A DNA stretch of 64,000 nt, from positions 1,024,001 through 1,088,000 of the forward strand of contig OZ241875.1 in the NCBI GenBank assembly GCA_965203325.1, read 5' to 3'. Below the pieces are notes generated by a model. It ran no database searches. It was not told the DNA's origin and saw only the letters and a program-made list of their open reading frames with translations. Shown in pieces: positions 37,912 through 48,137 of the stretch. Position 1 is the first letter of the stretch; each line of letters opens with the position of its first letter. The translations under genes were made by a program, and so were the position numbers. The DNA comes from a bacterium. Its GTDB lineage: Bacteria > UBA8248.

Positions 37912-39179
37912 GCGGCGCCCTCATTCGATTTCGCCAGGACTTGAACGATATATTCCGCGGTTCGCTCGCAAGCGCCCCGATTATTCTCCACTACCCGCCG
38001 GGCTGCTTCACCTGCCCGATTCCGAGACTGCGGGTCGTCCAGCCATTTCATGACGGCCGTCTCCAAATTCTCCCGCCCGCTCAGTTGAATCGCGCCGCCT
38101 TGTTTCACCATCTCCCGCGTCACCTCGGCGAAATTCTCCATGTGGGGGCCGCACAGGCACGGCACCGCCCAGCGCGCCGCTTCTATCGGGTTCTGGCCGC
38201 CATGGGGAATAAAACTTCCACCGATGATCGCCATCGTTGCCCACCCGTACGCATCCGCCAGTTCGCCCATCACGTCCAGGATGACTGCCTGATGATCACC
38301 GCCCGTATCTTTTATACGGCTCCACCGTACGGGAGAAATCCCCGCATTCTGCAGGTCTGCCTCCACCTGAGCCACTCTTTCCAGGTGACGAGGCGCGACG
38401 AGCAGGCCCACTCCCGGCATTTTCCGGTAAACGGACGACAATACCTCTCCAATCAGTTTCTCTTCTCCCGGGTGCGTGCTGCCGGCTACGATGACGTGCC
38501 GGCACGCGCCCAGGCCATACGCTCCATGCGGGGGTTCCTGAAGCGGCGCGGGCGCGTCGAACTTGACGTTTCCGGAGACCCGCACGGAAGGCGCGCCCAA
38601 ATCCGAGAACCGCCCGGCGTCCCCTTCCCCGCGCACGAGTACGTCTCTGAAACGCTTGAGGACTGAAGAGAAGAAAAATCGAAATCGCTTGTATTTATGA
38701 TACGAACGCTCGGAAAGCCTCCCGTTGACGATGGATACGGGGATATTCCGCCTTGCCGCCTCCGCCACGAGATTCGGCCATATCTCCGTCTCGATGAGCG
38801 CGATCATGGACGGCCGGATGCGCTTCAAGGCGGAGCGGACAATCACAGGAAAATCCAGGGGGAGGTAGATGAGCTGCTCGACTCCCGATATTTTTCCGGC
38901 CTCTTTTCTTCCCGTTCGCGTCACCGTGGAAAGAACGATTTTGAGTTCCGGCTTCTTTTTCAAAAGCACGGGTATCAAAATAGCCGCCACGCCCACTTCC
39001 CCCACGGAGACGGCGTGCAGCCAAAGACGCCCCCCCTCCGCATCGGGCAACCCGGGCGGAAACCCGAACCTCTCACGAACGGCTCGCAAGTCGAACCCCC
39101 GAAGCCACAAGCGAATCAGAAAGTAAACGAGCAATACGGGCGAGACGAGAAGCAGAACGAGGTTGTAGAGAAACAGCAT
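37908..39179 (-). CDS. waaA: Kdo transferase
   Basis: WLHAVSVGE, ETEIWPNL, NGRLS, AGSTHPGEE, APRHLER, GGQNPIE. Confidence 0.95.
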   Translation of the reverse strand: MLFLYNLVLLLVSPVLLVYFLIRLWLRGFDLRAVRERFGFPPGLPDAEGGRLWLHAVSVGEVGVAAILIPVLLKKKPELKIVLSTVTRTGRKEAGKISGVEQLIYLPLDFPVIVRSALKRIRPSMIALIETEIWPNLVAEAARRNIPVSIVNGRLSERSYHKYKRFRFFFSSVLKRFRDVLVRGEGDAGRFSDLGAPSVRVSGNVKFDAPAPLQEPPHGAYGLGACRHVIVAGSTHPGEEKLIGEVLSSVYRKMPGVGLLVAPRHLERVAQVEADLQNAGISPVRWSRIKDTGGDHQAVILDVMGELADAYGWATMAIIGGSFIPHGGQNPIEAARWAVPCLCGPHMENFAEVTREMVKQGGAIQLSGRENLETAVMKWLDDPQSRNRAGEAARRVVENNRGACERTAEYIVQVLAKSNEGAA

Positions 39180-39186
39180 GAGAAGC

Positions 39187-39942
39187 TCACTTCCCCGCCG
39201 TGTTCTTCAGGTGGTGCTGCGCCTCTTCATTCGCATGAATGAGCCGCCTTTCGACTTCCGCGCGCTTCGCCTCCAACACCCCCTTGTCCCGGGTTCGCGG
39301 CACTTCCAGAGGTTCCCCGCAACAAAAGGCGATTCTCCCGAACGGCAGGGGCAAAATCGTCTTGTCCCAGGTGGGGATGGTGAAAAAGCGCGATGCCGCA
39401 AAAGCGACCGGGCAAATTCGATATCCCGTGAGGCTCGCCAAAGTGATGACGCCCATTTTTACCTTCTGAGGCGGGCCCTTTGGACCATCCGGCGTGATGA
39501 CGAGTTGATGCTTCCCTTGTTTCGCCACCCTGACCATCTGCCGAACCGCAGAGGTTCCGCCTTTATCGCTCCCGTCCAACACAGAGGAAGAGCCTCTCAC
39601 GCAATGGGTATCGAGCCGGGCCATCACCTGAGCGAGTAGTTCTCCGTCCCGGCTTCTGCTCGCCATACATGTGCGGTGAGAATGATACGCATTAAAGAAG
39701 CAGGGCAGCCCCAAATGACGATGCCAGAGCGCCCAGATAAATTGTTCATCACGCTTGCGGCCCATTTTTTCATTCGATTCCGTTTTCGGCACGATCATCG
39801 ACGAAGTTGCATAGACCGCTTTCAGGTAACCCGCGATGACCAAGCCTCCCAGCCGCGCCGAAAGCGGCGCATCGGGATTCCGGCCCCATTCATCATAGGC
39901 GATGGAATCTCCATTCATGCTACGCGTCCTGCGCTTCAACAC
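39187..39942 (-). CDS. DUF374 lysophospholipid acyltransferase family (LpxJ-like)
   Basis: WALWH, SRSRDGE, VRGSS, ITPDGPKGP, WDK...PLPF. Confidence 0.85.
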   Translation of the reverse strand: MLKRRTRSMNGDSIAYDEWGRNPDAPLSARLGGLVIAGYLKAVYATSSMIVPKTESNEKMGRKRDEQFIWALWHRHLGLPCFFNAYHSHRTCMASRSRDGELLAQVMARLDTHCVRGSSSVLDGSDKGGTSAVRQMVRVAKQGKHQLVITPDGPKGPPQKVKMGVITLASLTGYRICPVAFAASRFFTIPTWDKTILPLPFGRIAFCCGEPLEVPRTRDKGVLEAKRAEVERRLIHANEEAQHHLKNTAGK

Positions 39943-41098
39943 CGAGTTCCGCCGCGATGTGCGCCGCGGCGCATTCGTAGGGGTTTACCCCTTCCAGGGC
40001 GTTTTGAATCCTCTCGAATGCCCTGACTTGCCCGGCTCTCACGCCGTCATCGAACAGCACTTCCCTCAAGGCATTTGCAATGGGTTGCGCGCGCACCTGC
40101 TTCTGAAACAACTCGGGAACCGCCTCATGGCCGGACAACAAATTCACAAGGCTGATGAAATCCACTTGAAGCAAAAAATACCTGGCCAGCGTATACGAAA
40201 AAATATCCCCGGCATAGAGAACGACCATCGGCACACCCAGCAGAGCCGTCTCGAGAGATGCCGTGCCGCTCGCCACGACTACGGCGTCGGCCGCGCGAAT
40301 CACTTGTTCCGCATCACCCCTCACGACCCTTATCTCGACGCCGGACGACTTCAAGCGGTTCGCAACGTACCCCTCGGGCAACGAAATCGCCTCTGAAATC
40401 AAAAAGCGCACCTCCGGCGTCTGCGCATGGATAATCTCCAGCGCATCCACCATGGCACCCACGTGAGAATCGATTTCCTTGAGGCGGCTGCCGGGAAGAA
40501 GCGATACCACCTTCTCGTCCATCGACAAGCCCAATGAGCACCGGGCGCTCTCCCTGGAAGGCGCATCTCGAAGTTCATAGGCGACGGGATTGCCGATGAA
40601 CACGGCTTTTCCGCCCAATTCGTTAAAAATCCGAGGCTCGAACGGAAATATGTTCAGGGCCAGCTCGAAAACATCCGCAATGATGCGGGCGCGGCCTTTC
40701 CACCAGGCCCACACCTGGGGGGTGATGAAATATATGCACTTGGGCGGTTGCGGCAGTTTCCGCACCGCGCGCGCGCACGAAAGATTAAAACCCGGATAAT
40801 CCACAAAAATCACCGCCTTCGGCTTGTGATCCGCGATCCTCCTCAACAAATCTTTCTTGATCTTTCTCAGCTTGGGATAAATGCGGGGGATGCCTGCGAA
40901 ACCAACGATGGATATGTCGCCGATGTCGTGAATCAAATCGACTCCCGCCTCGGCCATCAATTGCCCACCCATCCCGGATAGCTGGAGGTCGGGTATCCTG
41001 GCGGCAAGCGCTTTCACCAGATTCGCAGCGTGAACGTCTCCGGACGGCTCTCCGGCGAGCACTACGACGTCGTTCGCCGAGCGCTCATCCGATCTCAT
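39920..41098 (-). CDS. lpxB: Lipid-A-disaccharide synthase
   Basis: AGEPSGD, VDYPGFN, PQVWAW, LLPGSR, ASGTASLE. Confidence 0.95.
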   Translation of the reverse strand: MRSDERSANDVVVLAGEPSGDVHAANLVKALAARIPDLQLSGMGGQLMAEAGVDLIHDIGDISIVGFAGIPRIYPKLRKIKKDLLRRIADHKPKAVIFVDYPGFNLSCARAVRKLPQPPKCIYFITPQVWAWWKGRARIIADVFELALNIFPFEPRIFNELGGKAVFIGNPVAYELRDAPSRESARCSLGLSMDEKVVSLLPGSRLKEIDSHVGAMVDALEIIHAQTPEVRFLISEAISLPEGYVANRLKSSGVEIRVVRGDAEQVIRAADAVVVASGTASLETALLGVPMVVLYAGDIFSYTLARYFLLQVDFISLVNLLSGHEAVPELFQKQVRAQPIANALREVLFDDGVRAGQVRAFERIQNALEGVNPYECAAAHIAAELGVEAQDA

Positions 41099-41915
41099 TT
41101 TCCGACCAGCCGACTACGCAGATTCCAGTCGCGTCGGCTTCCCGTATCAAGCGCTCGCGATCGATGAGAAAAGTTCGCTCAGCCTCCAGGATCAACCCCG
41201 AAGCGCCGCCTTCGCGCATCACCTGCAAGGTCTCGGGTCCCACTGTAGGCACATCGTAGCGCATGTCCTGCTCGGGACGGGCCACCTTGCAGACAACAGC
41301 CCCTTTCCCGGCGAGAGCGCATCCCCTTCGGATCGCCTCGTTCGTACCCTCGATACCCTCCACTGCGACTACCGTCCCCTTGTGAACCACCACGGTCTGG
41401 CCGATGTCCAAGGCCGCGACGCTACGGGCCATCCGGAACGCATATTCCGCCCCTTTCCGCTGATTCCGGGGCAACTTCTTTTTCGTGATGCCCCCACGCG
41501 GGGTCATGAGATGCTCGAGATATTTCGTTTGGGGCACGACTTTCATCCCGTTTTCTTCCACAAACTCGATAACGGCATCCATGACCGTTGTATCGGCCGT
41601 ATTCCTGGCATTCTTCATGAAGCGCAGAACCGTCAAATCGAAGCGCAAAGATTGGAACAAGACACTTTTCTCCACCTTCCCCACAAGCCCTATTTCTCCA
41701 ACATCCTCATCTCTGAAGAACCGGATGATTTTATTCGGCTGGGTGGGAGGGATGTGGGTGATGGAATCCGCCTCTCCTGACAGCGTCGCCTCGATTTCAG
41801 CGGACAAAGCCACCACGGATACGCGCTTGCCCCGCTTTTTCGCACTGGATACAAACTCGGACGGCAACCTGCCCGAACCTGCAACGAGGCCTATTCTTTC
41901 CAGGGAATCCGGCAT
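41085..41915 (-). CDS. lpxI: UDP-2,3-diacylglucosamine diphosphatase
   Basis: IGLVAGSGRLP, LDIGQTVV, AVEGIEGT, QDMRYDVPTVG; start set at MPDSLE. Confidence 0.9.
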   Translation of the reverse strand: MPDSLERIGLVAGSGRLPSEFVSSAKKRGKRVSVVALSAEIEATLSGEADSITHIPPTQPNKIIRFFRDEDVGEIGLVGKVEKSVLFQSLRFDLTVLRFMKNARNTADTTVMDAVIEFVEENGMKVVPQTKYLEHLMTPRGGITKKKLPRNQRKGAEYAFRMARSVAALDIGQTVVVHKGTVVAVEGIEGTNEAIRRGCALAGKGAVVCKVARPEQDMRYDVPTVGPETLQVMREGGASGLILEAERTFLIDRERLIREADATGICVVGWSENEIG

Positions 41916-41923
41916 GGTGAATT

Positions 41924-42895
41924 TTAGTGAGTTGAGGGCATGGTGTTTTTCAGCATCTCTACGATACGCAGGGCAATCTCCAAAGACCGCAATTCTTTCT
42001 CCGGATCGGAAACAACATCCCGGAGTCGTACCGATTGCAAGAAATGCCGCAACTCCAACTGGAGCGGATTGCCTTTGTGGACGAAAACCCTCTCCACCTG
42101 GAATTGCTCGCGGTATTTGAGCTCCTCCCGGGTCAATTGGTGCTCGCTCACGGCCTGTCGATGAATTCTCAGTTCCTGGTCCGCGTAATCGAGTGTGATG
42201 AACGCGTCCGGTTGCGATACGGAAAGCGTCCTGATCTTGTTCTGCGTCACACGGCTTGCGGTCAGATTCGCCACGCACCCGCCCTCGAAGCAAATCTGCA
42301 CATTCGCCACGTCGTCCCGATCGGACAGAACACTCGACCCGGTAGCCGAGAGCAAATCAATTTCCTCATCCACGAGCCGCAAAACGATGTCCAGATCATG
42401 AATCATCAAGTCGAGCACGACGCCGTCTTCTCTCACTCTCGGCGAGAAGGGCCCCAGCCTGCGGCATTCCACCAGGGTGGGCGCATCAACGATGTTGCCC
42501 AATTCCTGAACAGCCCCGTTGAACCGCTCCACGTGGCCGATGTGAAGAACCAGATTGTTTTCGGTGGCCAGGTCGAACAATTTCCGGGCATCTTCCATCG
42601 TAGTACAAATGGGCTTTTCCACCAAAACATGGATGCCGTTCTCAAGGAAGATCCGCGACACCGCAAAATGCTGCAAGGTGGGTACGGCGATGGTAACCGC
42701 ATCTACCAGACCGATCAGGTCGGCGGGATCGGAGAACGCCTCCACACCATATCCGTTGGCCAGTTCTTGGGCGCGGCTCGGAACCAGGTCACAAACAGCC
42801 GCCAGATTTACGTCCGAAAGCTCGGAGAGCGCAGCCACATGATAACTACCCATGTGGCCGACGCCGACGACGCCAACTCGTAGAGAATCCAGCAT
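41924..42895 (-). CDS. Gfo/Idh/MocA oxidoreductase (GnnA-like)
   Basis: VGVVGVGHMG, VLVEKP, GHVERFN, DLMIHDLD, NLTASRV; lies between lpxA and lpxI/lpxB. Confidence 0.85.
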   Translation of the reverse strand: MLDSLRVGVVGVGHMGSYHVAALSELSDVNLAAVCDLVPSRAQELANGYGVEAFSDPADLIGLVDAVTIAVPTLQHFAVSRIFLENGIHVLVEKPICTTMEDARKLFDLATENNLVLHIGHVERFNGAVQELGNIVDAPTLVECRRLGPFSPRVREDGVVLDLMIHDLDIVLRLVDEEIDLLSATGSSVLSDRDDVANVQICFEGGCVANLTASRVTQNKIRTLSVSQPDAFITLDYADQELRIHRQAVSEHQLTREELKYREQFQVERVFVHKGNPLQLELRHFLQSVRLRDVVSDPEKELRSLEIALRIVEMLKNTMPSTH

Positions 42896-42924
42896 GGGCT
42901 CTTAACCTCGTAAAAAACTTACAC

Positions 42925-43707
42925 TTACACGCGGCCTTGGTAGACGCCATTCTTCGAATTCCGCACGAATTCTACCACGGATTGAATTTCCGCTCCTAAC
43001 GGCGCCTGCGCTTCTATTTCCTCTATTTTTTGCGCCATCGTGCCCGGCCCGTCGAAAAGGATTCCATATGCACGCTTGATTTCCGCTCTCACTTCGGCCG
43101 AAACGCCTCTTCTGCGCAAACCGACCACATTCAGTCCGACCACGCGAAAAGGAGCACCCGCCATCTTGACGAAAGGAGGCACATCTTTCCTCACCGCAAC
43201 GGGACCCACCAGAATCACCCCTTCCCCGATTCGCATACGCTGATGAACGCCGATGAAGTTGGAGATGAAGCTATTGTCCCCCACTTCCGCATGACCTCCC
43301 AGGGAGCAATGGTTCACCAGGATCACCTCGTCGCCGACACGGGAGTCATGGCCTACATGCGCTCCGACCATGATGTAGCATTTCCGGCCGATTACCGTAT
43401 TTTGACCCTGGTGCATCGAACGATGGATGGTCGCCGTTTCGCGGATGGTCGTACCCGCTCCGATTTCAACCCCGCCCGAATCCGACTGTAAATCAACAAC
43501 CTGCGCTTCCAGACCGATGACGGCATTCGGAAAAATCCGGCACCCCTCCCCTACGACGGCAGGTCCCTGAATGGTTGCGTTTTGTCCGATTTCGCAGCCG
43601 TCCCGAAGAATCACGTTTGGGCCCACAAAAGCCCCCGGGCCGATTTTCAAATCTTTCCCGAGCTGTGCTTCCGGATGGATATGGGAAGTGGGGGCTATAT
43701 CGTTCAA
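42925..43707 (-). CDS. lpxA: Acyl-ACP--UDP-N-acetylglucosamine O-acyltransferase
   Basis: Hexapeptide repeats; IRETATIHR, AHVGHD, KDVPPF, GLNVVGLRRRG. Confidence 0.95.
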   Translation of the reverse strand: MNDIAPTSHIHPEAQLGKDLKIGPGAFVGPNVILRDGCEIGQNATIQGPAVVGEGCRIFPNAVIGLEAQVVDLQSDSGGVEIGAGTTIRETATIHRSMHQGQNTVIGRKCYIMVGAHVGHDSRVGDEVILVNHCSLGGHAEVGDNSFISNFIGVHQRMRIGEGVILVGPVAVRKDVPPFVKMAGAPFRVVGLNVVGLRRRGVSAEVRAEIKRAYGILFDGPGTMAQKIEEIEAQAPLGAEIQSVVEFVRNSKNGVYQGRV

Positions 43708-43713
43708 TGTTTA

Positions 43714-44151
43714 TCAGGACCGGGGGACGGCGTAAGCGGAGAAAATACCTTCGGCGGCTATCTGACCCCCTGCAAATGCCCGCCCTTCAAACTTCCAAAA
43801 AGTCCTTCTGTTTTTCAGGAGTTTTGCGTGCAACTCCAGCAAATCACCGGGAACGACGGGACGCCTGAATTTCACCTGCTCGATGCCGGTGAAGAAAAAC
43901 TCGGCATCGGGTTCGACCATTTTCAGCTCGAACAGACAAATCAAACCGGTCTGCGCCAGCGCCTCGATGATCAAAACCCCCGGCATGATGGGATTACCAG
44001 GGAAATGACCCCTGAAGAAAGGTTCATCAATCGAAATCGTTTTCCGGGCTACGACAGATTTTTCTTCCGCATTTAGTGAGGTCACCTGATCGACAAAAAG
44101 AAACGGCTCCCTGTGCGGGATTAATTCCTGTATCCGCTGACTATCAATCAT
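43714..44151 (-). CDS. fabZ: 3-hydroxyacyl-ACP dehydratase
   Basis: [43 protein letters not shown]. Confidence 0.97.
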   Translation of the reverse strand: MIDSQRIQELIPHREPFLFVDQVTSLNAEEKSVVARKTISIDEPFFRGHFPGNPIMPGVLIIEALAQTGLICLFELKMVEPDAEFFFTGIEQVKFRRPVVPGDLLELHAKLLKNRRTFWKFEGRAFAGGQIAAEGIFSAYAVPRS

Positions 44152-45155
44152 GATTCCAGTTCGCCGATCTTTCTTTCGAGTCGATTCACTCTATCCGAAA
44201 GCCTCGGCAAATTCCTCAATACCGCAATCCGCCTGCGCGCATCGCGAACTTCCGCCGCCGGGTTGTGCATATACACTTTCCCGCCTTCCAAGCTTTGCAG
44301 CACACCGGTATCCGCGCCCAGTTTGGCGCCGTCACCGATTTCGACATGATCCACCACCCCGACACGGCCGCCCATCATGACGCCCCGTCCAATTTTGACA
44401 CTACCCGCAATGCCCACCTGGCTCGCCAATATGCAATCCTCCCCAATCACGACGTTGTGCGCGATTTGCACCAGGTTGTCGATTTTCGTGCCGCGTCCGA
44501 TTCTCGTCTCCCGCAACGTAGCGCGATCTATCGTGGTGTTCGCCCCGATTTCCACGTCGTCTTCAATGACGACCCTCCCGGTCTGCGGGTATTTGAAAGT
44601 ACGGCCCTCCTCATCGGGAATGTACCCGAACCCGTCCGCCCCGACGACGACTCCCGCATGAAGAATGACTCTCGCCCCGATTTCCACTTCCGCATACAAA
44701 ACACAATTCGGGTGTATGAAACACCCGGAACCTATGCTCACGTTCTCGCCGACATGCACACCCGCCCCGATATAGGAACCATCGCCTACCGCTGCGCCGC
44801 CGGCAAGAGATGCAAACGGCCCGACATATGCGCCGTCTCCGATGCGGGCCGTATCGGAGATACTGGCCTGGGCATCGATTCCGGGCTGGAATTTCCGGGG
44901 TGGCCGGAACAGCGAAACCGCGCGGGCGAAAGACAACCGGGGGTTTTGGGTTGAAATCGAGGGGCGGTTGGTTTCCAGCCCCTGAGGAACGATGAGAGCG
45001 CCTGCGTCAGAATGCGCACTCAGTTTTTTCGCCGACTCCACGTAGCTCAAATCTTTCGGCGAAGCCCTTTCATACTCGGCCACGTCGTGTATATCCACGT
45101 TCCCGTCACCGATCAATTCCCCGCCAAGCAGATTGGCGATGTCCGCGAGAAGCAT
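44148..45155 (-). CDS. lpxD: UDP-3-O-acylglucosamine N-acyltransferase
   Basis: [32 protein letters not shown]. Confidence 0.97.
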   Translation of the reverse strand: MLLADIANLLGGELIGDGNVDIHDVAEYERASPKDLSYVESAKKLSAHSDAGALIVPQGLETNRPSISTQNPRLSFARAVSLFRPPRKFQPGIDAQASISDTARIGDGAYVGPFASLAGGAAVGDGSYIGAGVHVGENVSIGSGCFIHPNCVLYAEVEIGARVILHAGVVVGADGFGYIPDEEGRTFKYPQTGRVVIEDDVEIGANTTIDRATLRETRIGRGTKIDNLVQIAHNVVIGEDCILASQVGIAGSVKIGRGVMMGGRVGVVDHVEIGDGAKLGADTGVLQSLEGGKVYMHNPAAEVRDARRRIAVLRNLPRLSDRVNRLERKIGELES

Positions 45156-45156
45156 T

Positions 45157-45747
45157 TTATTTCTTCTTCTGGTCGTATAGCCTGATCACCCTCTCCGTAA
45201 GATCCACTTTCGGGTTGACGAACAAAACACCGCCTGAGGCATTGTCTACGACGACGTCATAACCTTCGTTTTTTCCGATGTCCTCAACGATCACGCGAAC
45301 TTCTTTCAAAACCTTCTCGGTGGCTATTCTTCGGCGGTCTTGCAGGTCTCGTTCGCTCTCTCGCACCAATCGCCTCAAATTGTCCTGCTCACGTGCGAGT
45401 TCCCTTCTTTGGGAACGCAAATCGAACGCCTTGCGCTCTTTTTCCTCCTGGCGCCAAACCCCGCTTTTCTGCTCGATCTCCACCTGCAAATCCCGCACCT
45501 TGTTCGCAAGTATGCTCAACTCGTCGCGCCTTTTCCGAATCGCGCTTTGAAGCCTGTTTCTCTCCCTCTCCAAAGACGAACTCGCGGCCCGGCCGCCTTT
45601 CGAAACCCGCAATACGCGCTGAATATTGACGACGCCGTATTTCACACCCGCCGATTCCGCATGACCCGCATAGCCGAAGGCGAGAAGCATCGAAAGGATC
45701 AAAACAGATGGACCATACCGCCTCACTTCAGACATCCTCCCCATCAA
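45157..45747 (-). CDS. skp: Periplasmic chaperone Skp/OmpH
   Basis: Signal peptide; [10 protein letters not shown], coiled coil, DLTERVI; lies between bamA and lpxD. Confidence 0.9.
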   Translation of the reverse strand: MMGRMSEVRRYGPSVLILSMLLAFGYAGHAESAGVKYGVVNIQRVLRVSKGGRAASSSLERERNRLQSAIRKRRDELSILANKVRDLQVEIEQKSGVWRQEEKERKAFDLRSQRRELAREQDNLRRLVRESERDLQDRRRIATEKVLKEVRVIVEDIGKNEGYDVVVDNASGGVLFVNPKVDLTERVIRLYDQKKK

Positions 45748-45769
45748 AGGCGAAATCGGCGCGCGCGAC

Positions 45770-48085
45770 CTAGAACGCGGCCCCGATTCCCAAATGCGCT
45801 TCCCTTCTGCGCTCGTTGTCTTTTCTGTCCAGCTTGTATCCGATATCGAGCCGCATGGGGCCGATCGGCGTCACGATGCGCAAGCCGATTCCGGCGCCGT
45901 ACCTCAATTCCCCGAAATCGAAGGCATTATCCTCATCCCAGATGTTTCCCATATCGAAGAAAACCGCGACCTGCGTCGGGCCGATGAAAGGATGCGTCAA
46001 TTCGACGGAGCCGAGAGCGGCGGAGAATCCGCCTATGGCTTCGCCCTGCGAATCCTTCGGCCCCAGGTCGTCGGAAGTGAATCCTCGAACGGTGTACCTT
46101 CTCGTGGCGTACAAACGACGGAACGCGGGCGCTTCGCCATCGAGCGCTTCGGCGAAGCGAACATTGCCACGCAAACTCAAGACCAAATCCCGCAAAAGGC
46201 GGATTCGGAAACGCTCCCCGATGTTATGATATTGCCTGAATTCCGCCTCTGCGGTGAGAACGTCGACGTTTCCGCCCAACGCCGATGAAGAAATCGTGGA
46301 GGCGATGCTCCAGTAAGTGCCGTCCGTCGGGAAAATGGGTCTGTTCAGGCTATCGTAGACCAGCCTCGGAATGATGCTGCTTTCAAGGAAAGTTTCCCCT
46401 TCCTGCGCGAGAATCGTGGATATCGCGTTGGCGGAGACGTTGCTGATTTCCGATTCCGCGATCTCATAGGAGAGGAAACCCCTCAAAAACTCCTGAAATT
46501 CCCTGCCGACCGTTATCCGGCCACCCTGCCTTTCGTTGTCGAAAGTACTGTACTCCTGATCGACGAAAAAGAGACTTCCCCCAAGCGAATAGCCGGAGTC
46601 CCGGAAACTGGGGTCGAAGTATTCCGCAACCAAATCAAAGCGATCGGAAGAAATTCTGGTGAACAGGGAGCCGACCAGACCCTTGCCAAACAAATTCGCT
46701 TCTCTCAATTCGCCTTGCCCGTAAAGGCCCTCGTCGCTATTGACGCCGAGGCCGCCCGTTATGGAGCCGGTCGGCTTCTCCTTCACCTCGATTTCGATAT
46801 CGAGGATTTCATCGTTGCCGGGACGCCGTTTTTCAACGACCTTCACCGTTTCGAAATAGTTCTTGCGTCTCAGACGCTGACGCGTCAACTCCAGTCCCCT
46901 CGCGCTGTACAGAGATCCTTCGATAACGCGAACGTTGCGGCGAATCACGTTCTCGCGAGTGCGGGTATTGCCTTTTACCGCCACCTTCCCGATGTATACC
47001 CTTCGCCCCTTGTTGATTCGCACCGTGATGTCGACCGTTTTCTTCTTATCGTCCGCTTTCGTGAAACTGTTCACGTCCGCGAACGCATAGCCTCGGTTGG
47101 AGAATTGATTCGTTATCTTGCGCACGTCGGCGAGCAGGCGGGTTTTGTTGAAAATATCGCCGACGAAAACGAGCATTTTCCGCCGAATCTCTTCTACGGG
47201 GATGACGTCCTCCCCGCCGCGAACCTCGATTTTGGCGACTCTGTACCGAAAGCCTTCGCGGACGGGAATCGTTATATCGATGCGGTTCCTCCCCCGGTCC
47301 TCGCGAATGACGGGCTGGCTGACCTGAACCTTGGCGTAGCCGCGGCTCTCGTACAGCAAGCGAACCCGCACCAGGTCCCTCTGCAGTTCATCTTCGTTGA
47401 ATATCCCCGAACTCGTCAGGAAAGAGAAAAACCCCTTCTCGCTGGTTTCCATGACCTTGAGCAATTCTCTTTTGGAGACGTTCTCGTTGCCTTCGAAATT
47501 GATCGAGCCGATGCTGACGCTTTCCCCCTCGTCGATCACCAGGGTGACGGCCACCGTATTCGGGCCGCTTTCCTTGAGAACCGCTTCTACGCGCGCGAAA
47601 TAATAGCCGCTTTCCTGATAGAGTTTTCGGACGTTACGGACACTTTCTTTCAGGATGGATTCGTTGACGATGGTCTGAACCTTCACCGTCATGCGCTCGC
47701 GGATTTTCTCGAGGTCCAGGTTGCTGTTTCCGATGATTTCGATCTGGTTGATCGTGGGCTTTTCACTGAGTTGATATATCACGCGGAGCCCGCCTTCCAG
47801 AGACTCCACTTGAACCCTCACATCCCGGAAGAATCCCAGTTTGTATATGGCCCGGACATCCGCGCGGATTTGCTTGACCAATTCTACGTTGGTGTAGTTT
47901 TGCCCCTCTTTCAGCCGGACATAGAAAAGAACGGTGGAACGGTCGACCCGGCGATTCCCCTTGACCTCAATGGCCCGTATCGTGATGGCCGTTGAGTCCG
48001 ACTGCCCCCTCGCCTCATGCGGAGCGGCAATAAGCAACACGACGGCCACCAAGGCGCAGGTCAACACCTTCGCCGCACAACGCAT
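45770..48085 (-). CDS. bamA: Outer membrane protein assembly factor
   Basis: POTRA repeats (IEVKGNRRV, GNTRTRENVIRR), VKEKPTG, VRGF, TPIGPMRLD, C-terminal F; start set at MRCAAK. Confidence 0.95.
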   Translation of the reverse strand: MRCAAKVLTCALVAVVLLIAAPHEARGQSDSTAITIRAIEVKGNRRVDRSTVLFYVRLKEGQNYTNVELVKQIRADVRAIYKLGFFRDVRVQVESLEGGLRVIYQLSEKPTINQIEIIGNSNLDLEKIRERMTVKVQTIVNESILKESVRNVRKLYQESGYYFARVEAVLKESGPNTVAVTLVIDEGESVSIGSINFEGNENVSKRELLKVMETSEKGFFSFLTSSGIFNEDELQRDLVRVRLLYESRGYAKVQVSQPVIREDRGRNRIDITIPVREGFRYRVAKIEVRGGEDVIPVEEIRRKMLVFVGDIFNKTRLLADVRKITNQFSNRGYAFADVNSFTKADDKKKTVDITVRINKGRRVYIGKVAVKGNTRTRENVIRRNVRVIEGSLYSARGLELTRQRLRRKNYFETVKVVEKRRPGNDEILDIEIEVKEKPTGSITGGLGVNSDEGLYGQGELREANLFGKGLVGSLFTRISSDRFDLVAEYFDPSFRDSGYSLGGSLFFVDQEYSTFDNERQGGRITVGREFQEFLRGFLSYEIAESEISNVSANAISTILAQEGETFLESSIIPRLVYDSLNRPIFPTDGTYWSIASTISSSALGGNVDVLTAEAEFRQYHNIGERFRIRLLRDLVLSLRGNVRFAEALDGEAPAFRRLYATRRYTVRGFTSDDLGPKDSQGEAIGGFSAALGSVELTHPFIGPTQVAVFFDMGNIWDEDNAFDFGELRYGAGIGLRIVTPIGPMRLDIGYKLDRKDNERRREAHLGIGAAF

Positions 48086-48137
48086 AAGACCACCCCCCGA
48101 GGAAAAAGGGGAAACAAGTTTCAATTTTGCAGTGAAA

